Assembly (NCBI GenBank): GCA_050084515.1
Contig: CM114271.1
Span: 46,686,001 to 46,750,000, forward strand
Direction of reading: 5' to 3'
Origin: Blasia pusilla
Taxonomy: Eukaryota
Length of the DNA stretch: 64,000 nt
Made by a program: the position numbers and the translations under genes
Notes under the pieces: generated by a model
Told to the model about the DNA's origin: nothing
Databases searched by the model: none
What the model saw: only the letters and a program-made list of their open reading frames with translations
Part shown: in pieces, positions 1 through 14,640 of the stretch
How the letters are laid out: each line of letters begins with the position of its first letter
How positions within the stretch are numbered: position 1 is the first letter of the stretch

Positions 1-330
1 CTCGCGTTGTCGTCTGGAAGTTGTGCTGCGGTCGGGGATCTTCGCGTTGGTGGGCTGTGGCCCTCTGGCCCCGCCGCCATTGGCCGTGTGGGTCTGCTGC
101 TGCTGATAGATGTCGCCATGTTCTGATCGGGAGAAGAGAGGAGGAGGAGGAAGGGAGGGGGGCAGAGGGAGACGCTGTGCGGGTTGGGGTGTGTGTAAGA
201 GGGGTAGGTTGGCGATTAGGGGAAGGTCGTTCTTCATGTGGCTGGTGGGCTGACGGTAGTCGTCCTCTCTCGTCTTGCCAGGCTCCCGTCTTGACGATTA
301 CTCCACAATTGGCATTCAACGAGGGTCAGG

Positions 331-2732
<2,402 letters not shown>

Positions 2733-4599
2733 TCGAGGAATTCTCGAGCGAGTCTGTTAAAGAAACCGTGTGGTTCTAGAAAATGCTGGTCCTGCATTGG
2801 CTCATGGAAAGGACCAAGGGATCTGTATTGACAGATACTCCCCTCCAAAGCTTTCATGCTAGGGAAAGCTTGTTGTTGGGCCTGGTGTCATGATTCGCCT
2901 CTCTGGAGCTCCGGATCTGAAAACGTGCTCAATGAAAAAGAGCAAGCCAGGGATTCGGAGCTTTGTTTCTGTCAAGGACTAGCATTTTGTTGCATATCAA
3001 ACATTCATTAAGGCAATTGCCCTTCTGTTTTTTAATAGCACCAATAAAGAAGTCCTGTGTTTTTGTTGATAGAAGTACGAGTCTGATCCTGCCATTCTTC
3101 TTCCAAGTGGACGTGTGTACTGTTGGTACACTGGCACTTAAAGAAGGCATGAGTCCGTCAGTCCCTGGCTTTTGCAGTTCTGTGTAAACGTTCGTTTTCT
3201 TGCCTCCACAGATTCTGTCGCATTGTCAGGGGAAATGTGTAATGCATGAAGCTGTTGTGCCCTGGGTTTCTCTAGAGTAGCAACAAGTGTAGTCAAGACC
3301 AGGGTCTTGATGCCAGTCCCTCGTGTAGCGGGCAGACCTCCTGTGGAAAACATGAATCATATGAGAAGGTGACGACACTACTGGGAGCTCCGGATCTGGC
3401 TTTGCCGTCTTCTGAAGAGTTTGGAAAAGGTGCTAGAAACTCATGGGATCCCTGTCGCTGCCTTGACATTAGAGTCTATCGTTCTCTTGTTTCAGTGGTA
3501 CGAAGTCGGCAAAATTTGCTTTCTTCGGAATCTTAAGTGGCGGAGAATCTCTGGAGCTGCAGACGATCGATTATTGGGTCGCTTTCCGAAGCTGACAAAG
3601 GGGGATGCGGTGGGATGTGTGCCAGGGAACACGCAATTCGTCACATTTTGTACGTTCCTGACATCGGACAGAATCGTCATGTCATGTCTCTGCAATCTGG
3701 GTACGAACCTTACGCAGTGAATTGACCTCTTGTTCCTGGACAGCGACTCCGTAGTGATCATGAAACGATGAACGCCGTCAGCAACTAGTTCCTACATCCT
3801 CAAGCTGAGCTCAGACGTCACAAGCGCCTCGTGCCATGAAACTTCTTTCACATCGCCTATTTCGAGTCTATCGGAACTCATTCAGACTCTGATCTATCGT
3901 CTGCGTCAGCTGCTAATCATGCGTTTTTGTCCCGTCTTTCTTCGCGCATCAACCGTGAGATAACCTGCGCACACACGGCTCTGCGGCCCGATTGACCCCG
4001 TATCAAGCACTGGTCGGTCGCCTGTCTCTCGGCTGAAGCCCATCACCATCCACTCCCGAGAAACTCTCTTGTTACTGCTTGAGGTCCTTTCATGGCAACA
4101 AAGGCACAGTGAAAACTTCCAGTGTCTCACTGGAAGCCCAACTCCCTACAGTACATTGACACAAGGAGAGGAATGGAAACCCAAGCACTGCACCGGATTA
4201 ATAATAATAATTTTTGTGACAATCAAACATCGGCCCCTTGAATATCTAAAGCCTATACCCTACTCCATTACTGCAGACCCCTAAAACACATATCCTCTCT
4301 GTTCTAGTGGGGAAAGATGCTTCTCCCTTATGGGGAAGGGGCTTAGGTAGCTTACCTTGAGCTCAAGTGGAGACCCTCCATAGATTCACCATGAGAATCA
4401 TCTCCCCCCAACTTTCATACCTTTGGGATGAGCCAACATAGTTCTTATTCCCCAAAAAAGCCGAAAACGGTAAGCTACGAACACATGTTATTGAGTAAGT
4501 ATTGTCTCGGTCAATTGGTCCCAAGGCCTAAAATTTCCAAAACTGTATCATGCACAGATCTTCTATCGAGTGACTCTCGACTCGACCATTGCAATATCC

Positions 4600-5918
4600 A
4601 TAAAAACCTATCGCCTGCTCCTGCTCATCTACAGTAGGCTTCTCCAATCCTCATGTTAGGTCATCCCATATCATGCTTGATGGGATGCATCTATATGCAG
4701 ATAATATATGTTGGTATCCAAGTACTACCAACGCTGATAGTTAACAATTGAAGATATGGGTGGACCAACCTTGTCACATGACATAATGAGATTTGTCGTA
4801 TGACCCTAAATATATAGATATTGATATATCCATAAGTGGTTTTGCAACACTACTATTAATCATGTGCTCATCCCTCCAAAAGTATCTAGCACTCTCATAC
4901 CCTCCTCTAGATACTGCCACACAACTAGTGTACTATCCAAGGGTGCCAATGTCACAATTCCAAGAGTACAATTGCTACCTAACTTTGCCTCCTCGAGCAT
5001 TAAGGCATGACTTCACATCTATCTCACAAGCTTGTGCGCCTTCCTCTATCAATCAATGCTCGTATCCCATAATGGTGAAGAGATATTTGAACCATGGGAA
5101 GAGACACTTACCACAACATGTCTCTCCTTGGGAAATATTATTTACTAAGATGTCCTTCGGATGAATATTCCTCTCCAACAACTCTCTTGACTAACTAACA
5201 CTACCACTTAATGCTAAATCATGCCAAGGTGGTCATAATATCTCCTTATAGACCACCACTACGCCCAAAAAATCGAATGGGTACTTGGCTTATCCAACCA
5301 TTACCCGATCACTTTGCAAGTACATCCCTTGATGCTAGTGAAGGTTGTGTGTTCGGAATTGGCATAAGAGGAAGGAGACATTCGACATTGACTTATGTCC
5401 CTTCTTGATGTATTGGGGATATTTCACTTTCACCCACCTAATTTTTAACTTGGCAAGAGTTGAATGTTAGACTATAGCTAAAGCATGTGATAGATAGAGC
5501 AATGGTGCGCACACATGTGATTATGACACCATGAAAGATATATGATGTGTCATATCCCCTTGGATTCACCCCTCATTTTAGGGAGTAAAGGGTTGCCTAT
5601 GGGTAGGACCTACCATGGATGGTATATCGTACCAACCAAAACACACCACTTTGACTGTCGAAAACCCCCACCTAGTGAAACCATGACATGATCTATCACA
5701 GGTCTAATAGACAAATCCATCAACCTAGCAGTGAATCAATGGGAGATGTGCCAAGCATATGCTCTGAGAGTACTTCCATCACCTCCACATGAACTACCTC
5801 CATGTGGGAGGCACTAGCCTCTCCACAATCATATAATGTGCCCGCCAGTTGGAATACCTTAACTCATTCAACTCCCTCTGTCGCCAAGTCCATGGCGGAA
5901 AAAAATGGATCTTCATAC
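4600..5918 (-). mobile_element. Decayed, internally deleted and rearranged relative of the methyltransferase-bearing Gypsy at 29151-38426; homology resumes at 13340-13395
   Basis: Minus strand ~4805-4925 translates VVWQYLEEGMRVLDTFGGMST*LIVVLQ..IYQYLYI (cf. VVWQCPEEGVRVLDLFEGISTGLVALLQ..VHQYLYV). ~4603-4677 gives SMIWDDLT*GLEKPTVDEQEQAIGF (cf. GMIWDEVTRALEEPTADERERAMGF). 5800-5918 plus 13340-13395 align to 35300-35470. Confidence 0.85.
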
Positions 5919-6946
5919 TGTCGCAACCCTCATAACCAAACAACACCAAATAGGCGCCAAGCGAAACATCAGAGCTCAAAGGAACTCACGTTACGAGGTT
6001 TGGGCTTTGGAGAGGCGTTTGGAAGAGTCTCTTGGAAAAGTCTAAGAGACGAAACGTGGAACAAAGTTGTGCGTTTCATGCGCTAGTGGTCGCGACCAGG
6101 AAACCTAGACCAAACGCGAGCCAAGACTTGAGATGAGTTGAGTCTTGGGAGGTTGGTTGCCAAAGAGGTGAGAACCATTTTGGAACACGATTAGCGTTTG
6201 GGAGAATCTGACTGTGTTTAGGACCATAACGTTGAGCTCCTATATGCGTTCGTGACAAGTAAGGGCGCGTTGGAAAGCTGATCTTGAGACGCTTCCAACA
6301 AACTAAAGATCTCAGAAAATGCATAAGTATAGGCTGAGATATTGGCCAAAAACGATTGAGAGAGCAATCGGGTTGAGGGCCAATTGGAGAGGCCCGGTGT
6401 CTTCCCTAAATGTAGGGGCCCCGGAGATCCCTAGAAGTACTAGTAAGGGAGGACCCTCTCCGAGATGTCTCGGAAACGAATCCCCACTTTGGGCGCCAAA
6501 CGGCGTTTCAGAGGCACGGGATGGAATGAGAGTTTGGCGCGGAAATCTGAAACCCAAACCTGATCCAAGGGAGTGGACTTTGTACGCCATACTTGGATCT
6601 CAACCCGAGATTCACTTAAATGCAGTCTTGGTGAGGAAATCATTGGATGTCCATCGGATGATTGGAACCGCTAGCGAAGCGAAACGCCGTTTCAGGTTCC
6701 TGAACCGACCAGAAATTCTATCCCAAGTCTTTCGAGATTTGCCCGTGTTGGAAACCGCGAAACTAGGAAGGGTGAGCTTGATGAGAGTCCAAGTGAAGAA
6801 CTCGGAAAGTGATCCCGCTGATTGATCCAAGACCCGACTAACCAAAGTGCGTGTTTGGATGCAGATCATCGTTGAGAGCGTGACCTACTGAAGGCACGCT
6901 TCCACAACAAACAAGATTAACGTTCAAGGAGAGTAGGCGCAGGACA
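5919..6946 (+). repeat. 5' LTR of chromovirus
   Basis: TGTCGCAACCCTCATAACC...GGCGCAGGACA; near-identical direct repeat of 12305-13335. Confidence 0.95.
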
Positions 6947-6948
6947 CG

Positions 6949-6960
6949 TGGTATCAGAGC
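6949..6960 (+). promoter_or_regulatory. Primer-binding site (tRNA-iMet)
   Basis: TGGTATCAGAGC 2 nt after the 5' LTR. Confidence 0.93.
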
Positions 6961-7096
6961 TTATCTTTGATGAGCGTGAACTTGGGGTCGTTGAAGATCT
7001 GGACGTTTGGGGAGAACTCAAGGTAGTCGGAAGACCGCGACGCCAAGGAGGAACGCAAGAGGTGAGGAGGAGATCTGAGAAAGCAAAGACTCGCAA

Positions 7097-10000
7097 ATGG
7101 CGACCAAAGGCGAAGAACCGAGGAAATCGCGAGTCAAAGCAAAAAAGCCGAGGGACGAATCAATGACGGACCGAGAGCCAGAGGTGGAATTTGCGACTCC
7201 TGAAGTGCCGAGTCCCAGACATGAGGATGTTCCAACCGAAAATCTTTCCGCGGGACCTTCGGGTCCAAACTTAAACGATGCGGCCTTTTATATCCAAATG
7301 ATGGGATTGATGAAGGTGATGGCGGACGAGATGGCCGAACAGAGCAAGGTGATATCGGAATTCAAGTTAAATGGAGCCTCTAGTTCTGGCAAGGTGCTTT
7401 GTAAGACTAATTTGCCAACGCCATTCACAGGAATGGGGCGTTCTCGGAAAGTGAGCGAGTTTCTAACGGAAACCCGAACTTTATTTCGAAGCGCAAAAGG
7501 CAGATGAACAAGACAAAGTGACTGTAGCGGTCACGTTTTTGAAGGATCACGCTCTTCATTGGTGGACGGCTCACCGTAAAGAACATCTAGGTCGTGGGAA
7601 AATGTTGAGTTGGGAAGATTTCAAGGAGTTGATTGGGAACCGATTCACTCCGGAATATCAGGAGTATCGCGATGGCATGGAGGTGGTGAGGTTGCGCCAC
7701 AGTGGATCACTTGGCGCTTATGTGCGAGAGTTTAGTGCGCTCATGAGTGCACTTTCCACGGATGAACATACAAAAAAGGTGATCTTCCTAAGTGGGCTCA
7801 AACCAAGTGCCGAAAAGACCCTCTTTCGTATGCTTCACATCCCAGAGACGTGCGCGGATCTTTTGAGACTAGCAGAGCGGATTGGGGATGATGAAGTCCA
7901 ACACCCGAAGCCCTTTGAGACAAAAAGTTTTTCTAAGTTACCGAAAAAAAAGGGACATCCAAGAGGGTTTGGAATGGGGGTGAGTGCGACCACGTAGGGT
8001 CTCTTGCCCCAGCAGTGAAACGAGTGGAACTCAACGCGGAGCCAAAGGGGCCGCCGTTTACGAAGTCAACGAATGCCAAAGTGATTTGCTACAATTGTGG
8101 CAAACCCGGACATATGGCTAAGGAATGTGTTAGGCCCAAGGTTAGTAAACCGAGTATGATTGCGTTTTCCGCTAAGCATTTATCAGAGGGAGATCTAGAT
8201 ACATCTCTACAAGTCACCAAGAGAACACCCAATTTGGTTTACCTAGTATCCAAGATTGCTAATCGCGATGTGATGTTGCTCGTTGATACAGGTGCTTCAC
8301 ACTCATTCTTGAGTCCGAGAATTGTAAAAACGTTGGGATTACCAACCACCAAGGCGGATGAACCCATTAGGGTAGGATTCGCGGGAGGCAAGTCCCACCA
8401 GACTTCAGATCTGGTTTTAGGGCTAGTTGTGAGATGCGGAGTATTTGAGTTGAAGGAGAATTTCACAGTTTGCGACTTGGACCGTATCGACGGAGTCTTG
8501 GCGAACACGTTCTTGGATGCGTATGAGGTGGAACTAAGGCAAAAGCCTTTGAGGTTGAGCGTCTTGGTTAACGGCAAACGGACGGACGTCAGATTGGTTC
8601 GGGAGGTGCCTAGGAAGACGGAGTTGGTGAACGCCATCACGAGGACGAGTTTGGCCGAGTTAGAGGAAGGATTCCTTTGCTTGATGAGACGAGTAGAGGA
8701 TGATGCAAGCGCGAGATGCAGAGATCAGAACTCAGCTTCAAGGGGAATCCTTGAATCACTCAAAAGAGTTGTGAAAGAATTTGGAGATGTGTTGACTAAG
8801 GAGCTTCCGACTGAGTTGCCACCACATAGGGCGGTTGATCATAAGATTGAGGTGATACCAGGATCTCAACCACCTTCAAAAGCACCATATAGGTTGAATC
8901 AAGAGGAACTTGCTGAGTTGAAGAAACAGTTGGGTGAACTCCTAGAGAGGGGTTACATCCGAACAAGCAAGTCACCTTATGGGGCGCCCGTCCTCTTTGT
9001 AAAGAAGAAGGATGGGAAGTTGAGACTCTGTGTGGATTATCGGGCGCTGAATAAAGTGACGGTAAGGAACAACTATCCTCTACCAAAGATGGATGACCTC
9101 TTTGATCGATTTTTGGGTGCCAAGTATTTCAGCCGGATTGACCTGAAATCAGGATATTATCAGATTCGGATTGCCGAAGCGGATGTAGAGAAGACTGCGT
9201 GTAGAACGAGATACGGTTTGTTCGAGTTTGTGGTGATGACTTTCGGTCTTTGTAATGCGCCTCCGACGTTTACCACTTTGATGAACTCCATCTTTCATAA
9301 GGAGACGGATGAGTTTGTGATCATCTATATAGATGACATACTCATCTATTCGAAAACACTAGAGGAGCACACTCGACATTTGAAGACGGTGTTTGAGAAA
9401 CTTAGGGCGAACAAGCTGTATGCGAATGCGGATAAGAATGAGTTCGGTTTGACGAAGATCAAGTTCTTGGGGCATGTGGTTAGTGCGGATGGAGTGAGTC
9501 CAGACATGGAGAAGGTAAGCGCAATTTCCGAATGGGAACCGCCTTCCACGGTGAAGGGGATGAGAAGGTTAATCGGAGCAGTCCAATTTTACCGGACATA
9601 CGTGAAGAAATTTTCTGGAATAGTGAAACCTCTCACGGATTGGACCGCAAAGTTTGCCAATACTAAATAGACCAAGGAATTGGATAAAGCGTTCAATCGA
9701 GTCAAATAGATCCTCTCGCAGGAACCAGTTCTGAAACTGCCGGAGTTTGACCAACCGTTCGAAGTGCACACGGATGCTAGTGATTTCGCGATTGCGGGAA
9801 TGCTAGTGCAAAAAGGGAGACCTGTAGCATACGAGAGCAAGAAGCTTAGCAACACTGAAAGGAGATGGCCTACTCATGAGAGAGAGTTGTTTGCGGTGGT
9901 TCACTGCTTGAGGAAGTGGCGTCACTATCTGGGACTTCACAGGACTCGAGTATTCACCGATAACATATCGCTCAAGTATTTTGAGACCCAGGATCGTGTG

Positions 10001-11611
10001 ACGCCAAAACAACTTCGGTGGTATGATATCTTGGCGTTGATGAATGTGGAGCTAATCCACAAGCCGAGGACAGACAATGTCATTCCAGATGCGTTAAGTC
10101 GTAGGGATGAGCACATGCCATCGACGACACAAGTGTTGAGAGCAATGTTCCCTAATGAAACAGACCTGGAAAGAAGGATTCGTGAAGGATACATGAAGGA
10201 TGTGCAAGCGAGGGAGTACCTTGGAAAGTTAAAGCGGGGCGAGAAGGTGGCCAATCTGAGTTTGAGACACGGCTTGCTAAGGTTTAAGCAGAGCAGGATC
10301 TATGTAGGCCAAGGCAAGCTACGGACCAAGGTGTTTGTGGAATGTCATGATGGACCTTTGGCGGGACACAAAGGGGAGAAATCCACTCTTGCTGTTTTGA
10401 CCAAAAGGTTCTTCTGGCCCAACATGAAGGAAGATGTTGCTCAATATGTGAAAACATGCGTGACCTGTCAGGCAAACCGCGTTTCTTATGCGAAGAAACA
10501 AGGCTTACTTCATCCTTTGCCAATCCCGGAGGGACCCTTGCAAAGCATTAGCATGGATTTCATTACGAGTCTTCTGGAATCTGAGGGATACAATGCTATA
10601 CTTGTGATAGTTGATCGGTTTAGCAAGTTGGGGAGGTTTGTGCCGACGAGAGAGTCTGCGATGGCCTACACGACTTCCCGACTATTCCTGGATGGTTGGT
10701 GGCGAGCGCACGGATTGCCTAGGAGCATTGTGTCCGATGCGAAGTTTTCCAGTGCCTTTTGGAAACATCTATTCAGGAGGTTCCGGACCAAACTCAACTT
10801 TAGTACGGCCTTTCATCCTCAAACGGATGGGCAAACGGAAAAAGTAAACTTGATCGTAAACCAATACTTACGGAATTACGTGAGTGCGGACCAAAGAGAT
10901 TGGGCCAAGTGGTTAAGTATGGCTGAGTATTGTTACAACTTGACTAAGCATTCTGCAATCGGAGAATCTCTGTTTCTTCTGGCGTATCAAAGAGAACCAG
11001 AAGGGCCTCTTGACTTAGCTCTTTCGAAGGGCGCTACATCGACACACACTCGTCAAGCAACGGCGGAATGTTTGTTAGTGGAAATTCAGGAACAACAAGA
11101 GCGGGCGAGGAAAAGTCTCGCCAAGGCTCAACTAAGGTACGTGAAGCATGCTAACAAAAGTCAGCGCCAAGTGAGTTTCCAAGTTGGGGAACAAGTGTGG
11201 TTGAGTGTAAAGAATCTTACTCTTCCGAAGGAATTGTCCGCGAAATTTTCAGCCAAGTATGCTGGACTGTATGTGATCAAGGCAAAGCCGTTTGAGGATG
11301 TACACGTTGGAGCCGCCAAACGAGTTCAAGATTCACCCGACTTTCCATGTGTCATTATTGAAGAAGTATCTTCAAGACAATGTGCGTCGAGCGAAGGAGG
11401 ATGTTGAGACCACAACCGGTCATCAGAAATGAGGAACGAGTTGGAGGTTGAGACCATTTCTGCGTTCAGTAGAGCCACCAATCACGAGTACTTGGTCAAG
11501 TGGAAAGGCTATCATGTGAAAGAGGCGACTTGGATTGCGGAGGCGGATCTTGAACATGCGCAAGAAGCATTGCGTGACTTCAGATGGATGCAAGAAAGGC
11601 ACGTGCGTTAG
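7097..11611 (+). pseudogene. Chromovirus gag-pol with frameshifts and stops: Gag, CCHC knuckle, aspartic protease, RT, RNase H, integrase, chromodomain
   Basis: CYNCGKPGHMAKEC; LVDTGASHSF; YIDD; HTDASDFAIAG; ECHD..GH..C..C; SMDF...FHPQTDGQTE; chromodomain EYLVKWKGY...ATW (11429-11611). Split across ORFs starting at 7097, 7518, 8015, 9764 and 11429. Confidence 0.93.
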
Positions 11612-12291
11612 TACATGGTGAAGCAATGGACATAACTTGTGATCGGAAAGCTTGGGCCGATAACCCGTTGTAACTAGAAATGTTTAGTTGTTGCAATAAA
11701 GAAGACATGGATTTGGAGATTCGATGCTTGTATTGTAATTTTGAGTTTGGTTTGTGCAAGGCAATGAGTAGTTCTTCATATGCTCAGGATGTAAGTCAAG
11801 GAGACCAAACAATGAGTATTTGAGGTGAGAGCTTGTATTCAGATAAGGCATCTAGATCAGGACCAAGTGTTGAAGTACTAGCATTTGGTCTCGCCCTAAC
11901 GTCGGCGGGGCAGATGAGATTTTCTTGGGGTTTGTGGTGATCTCATTCATGTTGCATGGCTGAACTTAGTGACGCGCCTAGATGGAGTACAAGTGACCCA
12001 AAAGTAGTACGAGTTGGCTAGGTAGACATGCGGTTGTTTACAAATAGTGAGTGAAGTGTTAGGTTGCAGACTTAGTGAGCGTATTTTGATAATTAGATTA
12101 ATTCTGCAAAACTGATCTAGGCTGATCGAAAAGAAGAAGCTAATAAGTCTAAGTGTTGCAAGCGACAACCTAACACTTAAGCCAAAAGAGGAATTGCGGG
12201 TTAGCTACCAGAACGCGATTCAGTGTTAAGGGGTCGGCTTCCCAGAACTTAACATTAATAAGGTTTGCGTTGATGAGGACATCAACCTTCT

Positions 12292-12304
12292 AAGGAGGGG
12301 TGAG
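12292..12304 (+). promoter_or_regulatory. Polypurine tract
   Basis: AAGGAGGGGTGAG immediately before the 3' LTR. Confidence 0.85.
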
Positions 12305-13335
12305 TGTCGCGACCCTCATAACCAAACAGCACCAAATAGGCGCCAAGCGAAACATCAGAGCTCAAAGGAACTCACGCTGCGAGGTTTGGGCTTTGGAGAG
12401 GCGTTTGGAAGAGTCTCTTGGAAAAGTCTAAGAGACGAAACGTGGAACAGAGTTGTGCGTTTCATGCGCTAGTGGTCGCGACCAGGAAACCTAGACCAAA
12501 CGCGAGCCAAGACTTGAGATGAGTTGAGTCTTGGGAGGTTGGTTGCCAAAGAGGTGAGAACCATTTTGGAACACGATTAGCGTTTGGGAGAATCTGACTG
12601 TGTTTAGGACCATAACGTTGAGCTCCTATATGCGTTCGTGACAAGTAAGGGCGCGTTGGAAAGCTGATCTTGAGACGCTTCCAACGAACTAAAGATCTCA
12701 GAAAATACATAAGTATAGGCTGAGATATTGGCCAAAAACGATTGAGAGAGCAATCGGGTTGAGGGCCAATTGGAGAGGCCCGGGTGTCTTTCCCTAAATG
12801 TAGGGGGCCCCCGGAGATCCCCAGAAGTACTAGTAAGGGAGGACCCTCTCCGAGATGTCTCGGGAAACGAATCCCCACTTTGGGCGCCAAACGGCGTTTC
12901 AGAGGCACGGGATGGAATGAGAGTTTGGCGCGGAAATCCGAAACCCAAACCTGATCCAAGGGAGTGGACTTTGTACGCCATACTTGGATCTCAACCCGAG
13001 ATTCACTTCGTGCGTTTCTTGGTGAGGAAATCATTGGATGTCCATCGGACAGTTGGAACCGCTAGGCGCGAAACGCCGTTTCAGGTCCCTGAACCGACCA
13101 GAAATTCTATCCCAAGTCTTTCGAGATTTGCCCGTGTTGGAAACCGCGAAACTAGGAAGGGTGAGCTTGATGAGAGTCCAAGTGAAGAACTCGGAAAGTG
13201 ATCCCGGTGATTGATCAAAGACCCGACTAATCGAAGTGCGTGTTTGGATGCAGATCATCGTTGAGAGCGTGACCTACTGAAGGCACGCTTCCGCAACAAA
13301 CAAGATTAACGTTCAAGGAGAGTAGGCGCACGACA
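12305..13335 (+). repeat. 3' LTR of chromovirus
   Basis: TGTCGCGACCCTCATAACC...GGCGCACGACA, direct repeat of 5919-6946. Confidence 0.95.
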
Positions 13336-14520
13336 ATACACTCTATTCGCCATCCCCAATATGTACTTAACACTAGCACCACTTAAGCTGGCAAAGGATT
13401 TTTCTCTCCAACTCCAACTCTAACTCACAATCCCCTTGAACCACAAGTAAAGCAAGATGGGAATACGGCTAAACTCATGCACCTTTTCAGTTGTATGAAA
13501 ATGGGGATGAAGCCTTTGGTCAATACCTAGTTTCGTCCAAAAAACACAGAATGCAACAACATATGCTGATGTGTTGTTGCGTTCCTCATTTTCAAATGCA
13601 TGGGATTTGATTCTCTATATTTTTTTTTATCGATTCCACTCTCTTCAATTCACAACGTTGATTGTCCAAAAAACTCTTCTAATTATTGAGCTAAAAGATA
13701 GGAGGAGAGCCTACTGTTTTTTTTTTTGACTTACTAGAACATAAAAGAGTAAAGCACACATCTATCATGTTTTCCTTTAGATTCAACCCCTTTGAAGCCT
13801 TCTCAATTTCCTCTACAAGCATGGAGACCAATCACTTTTAGGTTCTTCACAACTTGCACAAACTTAACTATAACTCAGGATTATATTGGTAACATTTAAT
13901 TGGTAAAATATTTTGAATACTCAAATTTAGTATTTTCAAAATGTTTTACCAATTAAAAAGAAGATATCTCATTAGGTGGAAAAATCCTTTCCAATTATTT
14001 AAAAAAAGAGAGTTTTACAAGCGTACGGTTATTATTTGAGGTGTGTAGAGTTCTTAAAGATTTTTTTCCTTAAAAAAAAACTAGGTGGATGATTGAGAAA
14101 CCTAGGTTTTAAACATTTCCCCATCTTTTAAGAGTAAGTCCTCATGAAAATTGTGACAACACTCATTACACTCATCTTTTCAAAAGTTGAAGGATTCGAC
14201 AAGAAAGGAAAATTTTTAAGTTTCCTCTTTCAAGAAGGTTTTTGTTTGCCTAGTTGTATTTATAACCAACCTTTTAGTTTTTTAAAGATGTTTTTAACTA
14301 ATTTTGTGTTATTATTTTTCTCTACAATAAGTGAAAATTCAAGTCCTTGTAGTAGGACTTCCTAGACTCTTTGATAACCCCAATGGGTCGTGAAGACAAT
14401 TATCTTCAATTTATTCTTCAATGTCTTCAAACGTAACAATGATCAGACCTTATCACAAGAAGTTTTTCCTTGATAGACCTTGCACTTCTCCTACACCCTA
14501 TCTATCTAATTTTTTTTTCT

Positions 14521-14640
14521 CCAAGACCAAGCTAGAGTCCAAGAGCATGAAGTGCATCTTTATGGGATATAGTGATGAGTCTAAAGCTTATCGCCTATGG
14601 TGTCCTGAGACAAAGAAGATGCTTGTGCGAATGATGATGT
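14521..14640 (+). mobile_element. Ty1/Copia integrase C-terminal fragment
   Basis: KTKLESKSMKCIFMGYSDESKAYRLW matches the Copia KL..K..KCIF.GY....KAYR motif. Confidence 0.8.

Larger units (their letters stand above)
5919..13335 (+). mobile_element. Full-length Ty3/Gypsy chromovirus LTR retrotransposon (Galadriel-like by motif inspection), coding region disrupted
   Basis: Two ~1.03-kb TG..CA LTRs, ATAC on both flanks (5915-5918, 13336-13339), tRNA-iMet PBS, PPT, and gag-PR-RT-RH-IN-chromodomain order. Confidence 0.96.

Noticed and set aside
6076-6869. ORFs of 80-190 aa within the chromovirus LTRs (also 12462-13258)
   Set aside because: No recognisable domains, and the reading frames differ between the two LTR copies because of indels.
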